Shown here: piece by piece, positions 24,957 through 36,000 of the stretch
Numbering within the stretch: the first letter of the stretch is position 1
Layout of the letters: each line of letters begins with the position of its first letter
Source of the DNA: Eledone cirrhosa
Taxonomy: Eukaryota
Direction: 5' to 3'
Length of the DNA stretch: 64,000 bases
Assembly: GCA_964016885.1 (NCBI GenBank)
Contig: OZ024740.1
Span: 206,336,001-206,400,000, forward strand
Position numbers and translations under genes: made by a program
The notes under the pieces: generated by a model
What the model was told of the DNA's origin: nothing
Database searches by the model: none
What the model saw: only the letters and a program-made list of their open reading frames with translations

Positions 24957-26822
24957 AGTATAATAATTAATTGTGATAGTGGGGAAAGGTGATGGGAGTA
25001 GTATTATAACTAATTGTGATAGTGGGAAAGGTGATGGGAGTAGTATAATAACTAATTGTGAAAGTGGGAAAGGTGATGGTAGTAGTATAATAACTAATTC
25101 TGATAGTGGGAAAGGTGATGGTAGTAGTATAATAACTAATTGTGATAGTGGGAAAGGTGTTGGTAGTAGTATAATAACTAATTGTGATAGTGGGAAAGGT
25201 GATGGTAGTAGTATAATAACTAATTGTGATAGTGGGAAAGGTGATGGTAGTAGTATAATAACTAATTGTGATAGTGGGAAAGGTGATGGTAGTAGTATAA
25301 TAACTAATTGTGATAGTGGGAAAGGTGATGGTAGTAGTATAATAACTAATTGTGATAGTGGGAAAGGTGATGGTAGTATTATAATAACTAATTGTGATAG
25401 TGAGAAAGGTGATGGTAGTAGTACAATAACTAATTGTGATAGTGGGAAAGGTGATGGTAGGAGTATAATAATTGTGATAGTGGGAAAGGTGATGGTAGTA
25501 GTACAATAACTAATTGTGATAGTGGGAAAGGTGATGGTAGTAGTATAATAATTATGATAGTAGGAAAGGTGATGGGAGTAGTATAATAATTGTGATAGTA
25601 GGAAAGGTGATGGGAGTAGTAAAATAATTGTGATATTGGGATAGGTGGTGGTAGTAGTATAATAAATAATTGTGATAGTGGGAAACGTGATGGTAGTAGT
25701 ATAATAACTAATTGTGATAGTGGGAAAGGTGATGGTAGTAGTATAATAACTAATTGTGATAGTGAGAAATGTGATGGGAGTAGTATAATAACTAATTGTG
25801 ATAGTGGGAAATGTGATGGTAGTAGTATAATAACTAATTGTGATAGTGGGAAAGGTAATGGTAGTAGTATAATAACTAATTGTGATAGTAGGAAAGGTGA
25901 TGGTAGTAGTATAATAATTGTGATAGTAGGAAAGGTGATGGTAGTAGTATAATAACTAATTGTGATAGTGGGAAAGATGATGGGAGTAGTATAATAATTG
26001 TGATAGTGGGAAAGGTGATGGTAGTGGTATAATAACTAATTGTGATAGTGGGAAAGGTGATGGTAGTAGTATAATAATTGTGATAGTGGGAAAGGTGATG
26101 AGAGTAGTATAATAACTAATTGTGATAGTGAGAAAGGTGATGGTAGTAGTACAATAACTAATTGTGATAGTGGGAAACGTGATGGTAGTAGTATAATAAC
26201 TAATTGTGATAGTGGGAAAGGTGTTGGTACTAGTATAATAATTGTTATAGTAGGAAAGGTGATGGGAGTAGTATAATAACTAATTGTGATAGTGGGAAAG
26301 GTCATGGTAGTAGTATAATAACTAATTGTGATAGTGGGAAAGGTGATGGGAGTAGTATAATAACTAATTCTGATAGTGGGAAAGGTGATGGTAGTATTAT
26401 AATAATTAATTGTGATAGTGGGAAAGGTGATTGTAGTAGTATAATAATTGTGATAGTGGGAAAGGTGCTGGGAGTAGTATAATAATTGTGATAGTGGGAA
26501 AGGTGATGGCAGTATTATAATAACTAATTGTGATAGTGGGAAAGATGATGGGAGTAGTATAATAATTAATTGTGATAGTGGGAATGGTGATGGTAGTGGT
26601 ATAATAACTAATTGTGATAGTGGGAAAGGTGGTGGTAGTAGTATAATAATTGTGATAGTGGGAAAGGTGGTGGTAGTAGTATAATAATTGTGATAGTGGG
26701 AAAGGTGATGGTAGTAGTCATCATCATCATCATCATCAGGTTTAGCGTCCGTGTTCCACGCTTCCATGGGTTTGGACGGGGGTTTTCCCACTTGAGGCAA
26801 GAGTGGTTGTCTTGCTCGCATA

Positions 26823-27047
26823 GGACTGTCTGGCGGGTTTTCTACAGTTGGATGCCCTTCCTAACACCAACCACATTTACAGTGTGGGGCTGGGAGGTTT
26901 TTACCGTGTTGCCTACACGGCCACATTACAGCGTGGACTGTCTGGCGGGTTTTCTACAGCTGGATGCCCTTCCTAACACCAACCACATTTACAGTGTGGG
27001 GCTGGGAGGTTTTTACCGTGTTGCCTACACGGCCACATTTACAGCGT
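26823..27047. repeat. Tandem duplication (112/113 bp) in the LINE 3' UTR
   Basis: GGACTGTCTGGCGGGTTTTCTACAG starts at 26823 and 26935; the unit is single in the 24095 copy. Confidence 0.92.
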
Positions 27048-27222
27048 GGACTGTGTGTTTTTTGTCGTGACACCTACACGATCTCATTTGTTTCGGCCTG
27101 GATGTTGTGGGACCAACATAACTTTACATTGAAAGGGGCGGTGTGGGTGGGGTGGAGGTGGTGGGACGGGGGTGTGTTTTGATAGAGGTGCCTACTGACT
27201 GTAGTAGGTTTTTACTTTGTAT

Positions 27223-29031
27223 TTAGGTAAGGCGGGTCTTCTCTATTACTGAGTACCGCCAAAGGTCTCGGTCCAGTGACATTGTCTTGGAGAGGTGTAA
27301 GCGTGTGAGGTCGGAATTTATCAGCTCGTCCCATGTTTTTCTGGGTCTGCCTACTCCGTGGCTACCGTCTATCTTTATTGCCCTGCACTTTGTTATACAG
27401 CTGTCGTCTTTCATGCGCATCACGTGACCGTACCAACGTAGCCTTCTCTCGAGTAAACAACATCTGATCCCTCTTATTTCTAATTTTTTCCTTAGTTCGT
27501 TTATGCTTTGCCGTTCACGTATATTACTATTGCACATCCAGCGGAGCATGCAAGCTTCGTTCCTCTCTAGTGTGCGTATATCCTCTGCACACAATGCCCA
27601 GGTCTCACTGCCATGCAGCATTGCTGTTCGTATGCAGGCATCGTATAACCTGCCTTTCATTTTTAGGGAGAACCCTCTAGCGGCTAATAGTGGTATAAGC
27701 TCTCTGAACTTTTTCCATCCAGTTCTGACTCTAGCTACTGTACTTTCAGAGCACCCTCCCCCACTGCTGATTTTGTCACCCAGATAACGGAAGCTGTCCA
27801 CTATTTCTATAGAACCCTCTGCGCAGTTGAAGGAGCTAGTATTTTGTGGGCACTTGCTGCTACTTATTGCACCAGAGCACCGGCCACATGTAAAATCTAT
27901 GTTCTTAGTTAGCTTACCTGTGATCCCACTACATCTTTTATGCACCCATACTTTGCATTTGGGACATAAAATGGAGTTTCTACCTACGCCTTTCCTACAC
28001 ACTGAGCATGGCCATTTCCCCGATGGGACCGCCGCCTTATTTTCTTTCCTACAAACTAGAACTTTAGTCTTAGCCAGGTTAATTTTAAGGCCTTTTGATT
28101 CTAGGCCGTGCTTCCACGTTTGGAATTTCTTCTCTAGTTCGGTCATTGATTCAGCTATGAGCGTTAGATCATCTGTGTATAGGAGTTCCCATGGGCAGCC
28201 GGTCTTGAACTCCTCTGTTATAGCCTGAAGGGCAATAATAAATGGTAGGGGGCTAAGTACAGAGCCCTGATGGACACCAACTTTTACGCTAAACTCTTCA
28301 CTATATTCGTTGTTAATTCTAACCTTACTGACTGTTTCTTTATACATGGCTTGTATAGCTCTCACAAGCCATTCGTCAACACCTAGTTTTCTAAGAGACC
28401 ACCAGATAATGGAACGGGGGACTCTGTCGAAGGCTTTCTCCAAGTCGACAAAAGCTAAATATAGGGGTTTACTTTTAGCTAGGTACTTCTCCTGTAGTTG
28501 TCGTACAATGTAAAGAGCGTCTGTGGTACTTTTGCCTGACACAAACCCGAACTGCATTTCATCTAGATCAATTCTCTCTCTGATTAGTTGCGCTATTACT
28601 TTTTCCGTGACCTTCATGACCTGGTCGATTAATTTAATGCCTCTATAGTTACTCCTATCTAGGGCATCTCCTTTTCCCTTATAGCAGTTAACGATGCTGC
28701 TACGCCATTCCTTCGGAACAACCCCATTCTGTACGACTTGGTTAACTATCCGGGTGACCATGGTGTGTCCCACCGAACCAGATGCCTTCAGCATCTCAGC
28801 AACTATTTCCGAAGGCCCAGCCGCCTTACCCGTCTTCATATCTTTGATTGCCTTACTTATTATACTACCTTCAACTAACACTGCTGGTCCCTCTATTGGA
28901 TCGATCTGGGGGAGACTGTCTTTCTCCCATTTGTTCTCCTCATTTAGAAGCCTTTCGTAGTGACACTTTCAAGCTACCTTCTTATCAGCGTCGGTGATGG
29001 CAAGTATGCCATCATCGTTAAGTACACACTT
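27223..29031 (-). pseudogene. RTE LINE reverse transcriptase ORF (truncated) with an internal PHD-like Cys/His finger
   Basis: Motifs KAAGPSEI, YKGKGD..DRSNYRGIKL, QFGF..GKSTTDA, AFVDLEKAFDRV, GVHQGSVLSP, LLYTDDL, GLKINLAKTK, FRYLG. The frame continues upstream of 28881 to the junction with one TGA (KKVA*KCHYERLLN). Confidence 0.95.
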
Positions 29032-30049
29032 CTATAGTAGTATAATAACTAATTGTGATAGTGGGAAAGGTGATGGTAGTAGTATAATAACTAATTGTGA
29101 TAGTGGTAAAGGTGATGGGAGTAGTATAATAACTAATTGTGATAGTGGGAAAGGTGATGGTAGTAGTATAATAACTAATTGTGATAGTGGGAAAGGTGAT
29201 GGGAGTAGTATAATAACTAATTGTGATAGTGGGAAAGGTGATGGTAGTAGTATAATAACTAATTGTGAGAGTGGGAAAGGTGATGGTAGTAGTATAATAA
29301 TTGTGATAGTGGGAAAGGTGATGGTAGTAGTATAATAACTAATTGTGATAGTGGGAAAGGTGATGGTACTAGTATAATAACTAATTGTGATAGTGGGAAA
29401 GATGATGGGAGTAGTATAATAACTAATTGTGATAGTGGGAAAGGTGATGGTAGTAGTACAATAACTAATTGTGATAGTGGGAAAGATGATGGGAGTAGTA
29501 TAATAACTAATTGTGATAGTGGGAAAGGTGATGGTAGTAGTACAATAACTAATTGTGATAGTGGGAAAGATGATGGGAGTAGTATAATAACTAATTGTGA
29601 TAGTGCGAAAGGTGATGGAAGTAGTAGGTGATGGTAGGGGTATAATAATTGTGATAGTGGGAAAGGTGATGGTAGGAGTATAATAACTAATTGTGGTAGT
29701 GGGAAAGGTGATGGTAGTAGTATAATAATTGTGATAGTAGGAAATGTGATGGGAGTAGTATAATAATTGTGATAGTAGGAAAGGTGATGGGAGTAGTATA
29801 ACTAATTCTGATAGTGGGAAAGGTGATCGTAGTAGTATAATAACTAATTGTGATAGTGGAAAAGGTGATGGTAGTAGTAAAATAATTGTGATAGTGGGAA
29901 AGGTGGTGGTAGTAGTATAATAAATAATTGTGATAGTGGGAAAGGTGATGGTAGTAGTATAATAACTAATTGTGATAGTGGGAAAGGTGATGGTAGTAGT
30001 ATAATAACTAATTGTGATAGTGAGAAATGTGATGGGAGTAGTATAATAA

Positions 30050-33000
30050 CTAATTGTGATAGTGGGAAATGTGATGGTAGTAGTATAATAACTAATTGTG
30101 ATAGTGGGAAAGGTAATGGTAGTAGTATAATAACTAATTGTGATAGTAGGAAAGGTGATGGTAGTAGTATAATAATTGTGATAGTAGGAAAGGTGATGGT
30201 AGTAGTATAATAACTAATTGTGATAGTGGGAAAGATGATGGGAGTAGTATAATAATTGTGATAGTGGGAAAGGTGATGGTAGTGGTATAATAACTAATTG
30301 TGATAGTGGGAAAGGTGATGGTAGTAGTATAATAATTGTGATAGTGGGAAAGGTGATGAGAGTAGTATAATAACTAATTGTGATAGTGGGAAAGGTCATG
30401 GTAGTAGTATAATAATTGTGATAGTGGGAAAGGTGATGGTAGTAGTATAATAACTAATTGTGATAGTGGGAAAGGTGATGGTAGTAGTATAATAACTAAT
30501 TGTGATAGTGAGAAATGTGATGGGAGTAGTATAATAACTAATTGTGATAGTGGGAAAGATGATGGGAGTAGTATAATAACTAATTGTGATAGTGGGAAAG
30601 GTGATGGAAGTAGTAGGTGATGGTAGTAGTATAATAATTGTGATAGTGGGAAAGGTGATGGTAGTAGTATAATAACTAATTGTGGTAGTGGGAAAGGTGA
30701 TGGTAGTAGTATAATAACTAATTGTGATAGTGGGAAAGGTGATGGTAGTAGTATAATAATTGTGATAGTAGGAAAGGTGATGGGAGTAGTATAATAACTA
30801 ATTGTGATAGTGGGAAAGGTGATGGTAGTAGTATAATAATTGTGATAGTAGGAAAGGTGATGGTAGTAGTATAATAACTAATTGTGATAGTGGAAAAGGT
30901 GATGGTAGTAGTATAATAATTGTGATAGTGGGAAAGGTGGTGGTAGTAGTATAATAACTAATTGTGATAGTGGGAAAGGTGATGGTAGTAGTATAATAAC
31001 TAATTGTGATAGTGGGAAAGGTGATGGTAGTAGTATAATAATTGTGATAGTAGGAAAGGTGATGGGAGTAGTATAATAACTAATTGTGATAGTGGGAAAG
31101 GTGATGGTAGTAGTATAATAATTGTGATAGTAGGAAAGGTGATGGTAGTAGTATAATAACTAATTGTGATAGTGGAAAAGGTGATGGTAGTAGTATAATA
31201 ATTGTGATAGTGGGAAAGGTGGTGGTAGTAGTATAATAAATAATTGTGATAGTGGGAAAGGTGATGGTAGTAGTATAATAACTAATTGTGATAGTGGGAA
31301 AGGTGATGGTAGTAGTATAATAACTAATTGTGATAGTGAGAAATGTGATGGTAGTAGTATAATAACTAATTGTGATAGTGGGAAAGGTGATGGTAGTAGT
31401 ATAATAACTAATTGTGATAGTAGGAAAGGTGATGGTAGTAGTATAATAATTGTGATAGTAGGAAAGGTGATGGTAGTAGTATAATAACTAATTGTGAAAG
31501 TGGGAAAGATGATGGGAGTAGTATAATAATTGTGATAGTGGGAAAGGTGATGGTAGTAGTATAATAACTAATTGTGATAGTGGGAAAGGTGATGAGAGTA
31601 GTATAATAACTAATTGTGATAGTGAGAAAGGTGATGGTAGTAGTACAATAACTAATTGTGATAGTGGGAAACGTGATGGTAGTAGTATAATAACTAATTG
31701 TGATAGTGGGAAAGGTGATGGTAGTAGTATAAACAACTAATTGTGATAGTGGGAAAGGTGATGGGAGTAGTATAATAACTAATTGTGATAGTGGGAAAGG
31801 TCATGGTAGTAGTATAATAACTAATTGTGATAGTGGGAAATGTGATGGGAGTAGTATAATAACTAATTGTGATGGTGGGAAAGGTCATGGTAGTAGTATA
31901 ATAACTAATTGTGATAGCGGGAAAGGTCAGGGTAGTAGTATAATAACTAATTGTGATAGTGAGAAAGGTGATGGTAGTAGTACAATAACAAATTGTGATA
32001 GTGGGAAACGTGATGGTAGTAGTATAATAACTAATTGTGATAGTGGGAAAGGTGATGGGAGTAGTATAATAACTAATTGTGATAGTGGGAAACGTGATGG
32101 TAGTAGTATAATAACTAATTGTGATAGTGGGAAAGTTGATGGTAGTAGTATAATAACTAATTGAGATAGTGGGAAAGGTGATGGTAGTAGTATAATAATT
32201 GTGATAGTGGGAAAGGTGCTGGGAGTAGTATAATAATTGTGATAGTAGGAAAGGTGATGGGAGTAGTATAACTAATTGTGATAGTGGGAAAGGTGATTGT
32301 AGTAGTATAACTAATTGTGATAGTGGGAAAGGTGATGGCAGTATTATAATAACTAATTGTGATAGTGGGAAAGGTGATGGTAGTAGTATAATAACTAATT
32401 GTGATAGTGGGAAAGGTGATGGGAGTAGTATAATAATTAATTGTTATAGTGGGAAAGGTGATGGTAGTGGTATACTAACTAATTGTGATAGTGGTAAAGG
32501 TGGTGGTAGTAGTATAATAATTGTGATAGTGGGAAAGGTGGTGATAGTAGTATAATAATTGTGATAGTGGGAAAGGTGATGGTAGTAGTATAATAACTAA
32601 TTGTGATAGTGGGAAAGGTGATGGTAGTAGTATAATAACTAATTGTGATAGTGGTAAAGGTGATGAGAGTAGTATAATAACTAATTGTGATAGTGGGAAA
32701 CGTGATGGTAGTAGTATAATAACTAATTGTGATAGTGGGAAAGGTCATGGTAGTAGTATAATAACTAATTGTGATAGTGGGAAATGTGATGGGAGTAGTA
32801 TAATAACTAATTGTGATAGTGGGAAAGGTGATGGGAGTAGTATAATAACTAATTGTGATAGTGGGAAAGGTGATGGTAGTAGTATAATAATTGTGATAGT
32901 GGGAACGGTGATGGTAGTAGTATAATAACTAATTGTGATAGTGAGAAAGGTGATGGTACTAGTACAATAACTAATTGTGATAGTGGGAAAGATGATGGGA

Positions 33001-36000
33001 GTAGTATAATAACTAATTGTGATAGTGGGAAAGGTGATGGTAGTAGTATAATAACTAATTGTGATAGTGGGAAAGGTGATGGTAGTAGTATAATAACTAA
33101 TTGTGATAGTAGGAAAGGTGATGGTAGTAGTATAATAATTGTGATAGTAGGAAAGGTGACGGTAGTAGTATAATAACTAATTGTGATAGTGGGAAAGGTG
33201 AATGTAGTAGTATAATAAGTAATTGTGATAGTGGGAAAGGTAATGATAGTAGTATAATAATTGTGATAGTGGGAAAGGTGCTGGTAGTAGTATAATAATT
33301 GTGATAGTGGGAAAGGTGCTGGGAGTAGTATAATAACTAATTGTGATAGTGGGAAAGGTAATTGTAGTAGTATAATAACTAATTGTGATAGTGTGCAAGG
33401 TGATGGTAGTAGTATAATAACTAATTGTGATAGTGTGCAAGGTGATGGTAGTAGTATAATAACTAATTGTGATAGTGGGAAATATGATGTGAGTAGTATA
33501 ATAACTAATTGTGATAGTGGGAAATGTGATGGTAGTAGTATAATAACTAATTGTGATAGTGGGAAAGGTAATGGTAGTAGTATAATAACTAATTGTGATA
33601 GTAGGAAAGGTGATGGTAGTAGTATAATAATTGTGATAGTAGGAAAGGTGATGGTAGTAGTATAATAACTAATTGTGATAGTGGGAAAGATGATGGGAGT
33701 AGTATAATAATTGTGATAGTGGGAAAGGTGATGGTAGTGGTATAATAACTAATTGTGATAGTGGGAAAGGTGATGGTAGTAGTATAATAATTGTGATAGT
33801 GGGAAAGGTGATGAGAGTAGTATAATAACTAATTGTGATAGTGGGAAACGTGATGGTAGTAGTATAATAACTAATTGTGATAGTGGGAAAGGTCATGGTA
33901 GTAGTATAATAATTGTGATAGTGGGAAAGGTGATGGTAGTAGTATAATAACTAATTGTGATAGTGGGAAAGGTGATGGTAGTAGTATAATAACTAATTGT
34001 GATAGTGAGAAATGTGATGGGAGTAGTATAATAACTAATTGTGATAGTGGGAAAGATGATGGGAGTAGTATAATAACTAATTGTGATAGTGGGAAAGGTG
34101 ATGGAAGTAGTAGGTGATGGTAGTAGTATAATAATTGTGATAGTGGGAAAGGTGATGGTAGTAGTATAATAACTAATTGTGGTAGTGGGAAAGGTGATGG
34201 TAGTAGTATAATAACTAATTGTGATAGTGGGAAAGGTGATGGGAGTAGTATAATAACTAATTGTGATAGTGGGAAAGGTGATGGTAGTAGTATAATAACT
34301 AATTGTGATAGTGGGAAAGGTGATGGTAGTAGTATAATAACTAATTGTGATAGTGGGAAAGGTGATGGTAGTAGTATAATAATTGTGATAGTAGGAAAGG
34401 TGATGGGAGTAGTATAATAACTAATTGTGATAGTGGGAAAGGTGATGGTAGTAGTATAATAATTGTGATAGTAGGAAAGGTGATGGTAGTAGTATAATAA
34501 CTAATTGTGATAGTGGAAAAGGTGATGGTAGTAGTATAATAATTGTGATAGTGGGAAAGGTGGTGGTAGTAGTATAATAAATAATTGTGATAGTGGGAAA
34601 GGTGATGGTAGTAGTATAATAACTAATTGTGATAGTGGGAAAGGTGATGGTAGTAGTATAATAACTAATTGTGATAGTGAGAAATGTGATGGTAGTAGTA
34701 TAATAACTAATTGTGATAGTGGGAAAGGTGATGGTAGTAGTATAATAACTAATTGTGATAGTAGGAAAGGTGATGGTAGTAGTATAATAATTGTGATAGT
34801 AGGAAAGGTGATGGTAGTAGTATAATAACTAATTGTGAAAGTGGGAAAGATGATGGGAGTAGTATAATAATTGTGATAGTGGGAAAGGTGATGGTAGTAG
34901 TATAATAACTAATTGTGATAGTGGGAAAGGTGATGAGAGTAGTATAATAACTAATTGTGATAGTGAGAAAGGTGATGGTAGTAGTACAATAACTAATTGT
35001 GATAGTGGGAAACGTGATGGTAGTAGTATAATAACTAATTGTGATAGTGGGAAAGGTGATGGTAGTAGTATAAACTAATTGTGATAGTGGGAAAGGTGAT
35101 GGGAGTAGTATAATAACTAATTGTGATAGTGGGAAAGGTCATGGTAGTAGTATAATAACTAATTGTGATAGTGGGAAATGTGATGGGAGTAGTATAATAA
35201 CTAATTGTGATGGTGGGAAAGGTCATGGTAGTAGTATAATAACTAATTGTGATAGCGGGAAAGGTCAGGGTAGTAGTATAATAACTAATTGTGATAGTGA
35301 GAAAGGTGATGGTAGTAGTACAATAACAAATTGTGATAGTGGGAAACGTGATGGTAGTAGTATAATAACTAATTGTGATAGTGGGAAAGGTGATGGGAGT
35401 AGTATAATAACTAATTGTGATAGTGGGAAACGTGATGGTAGTAGTATAATAACTAATTGTGATAGTGGGAAAGTTGATGGTAGTAGTATAATAACTAATT
35501 GAGATAGTGGGAAAGGTGATGGTAGTAGTATAATAATTGTGATAGTGGGAAAGGTGCTGGGAGTAGTATAATAATTGTGATAGTAGGAAAGGTGATGGGA
35601 GTAGTATAACTAATTGTGATAGTGGGAAAGGTGATTGTAGTAGTATAACTAATTGTGATAGTGGGAAAGGTGATGGCAGTATTATAATAACTAATTGTGA
35701 TACTGGGAAAGGTGATGGTAGTAGTATAATAACTAATTGTGATAGTGGGAAAGGTGATGGGAGTAGTATAATAATTAATTGTTATAGTGGGAAAGGTGAT
35801 GGTAGTGGTATACTAACTAATTGTGATAGTGGTAAAGGTGGTGGTAGTAGTATAATAATTGTGATAGTGGGAAAGGTGGTGATAGTAGTATAATAATTGT
35901 GATAGTGGGAAAGGTGATGGTAGTAGTATAATAACTAATTGTGATAGTGGGAAAGGTGATGGTAGTAGTATAATAACTAATTGTGATAGTGGTAAAGGTG

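Larger units (their letters stand above)
26719..29034 (-). mobile_element. 5'-truncated RTE-clade LINE (~2.3 kb) with (GAT)n tail
   Basis: Complete RT region, 3' UTR and (CAT)n tail; TSD TAGTAGT at 26712-26718 and 29035-29041. The endonuclease domain is lost by truncation. Confidence 0.97.

Noticed and set aside
24531-28960. Plus-strand ORFs overlapping the LINEs (24531, 27503, 27827, 28310, 28694)
   Set aside because: Antisense shadows of the RT frame with no recognisable motifs.
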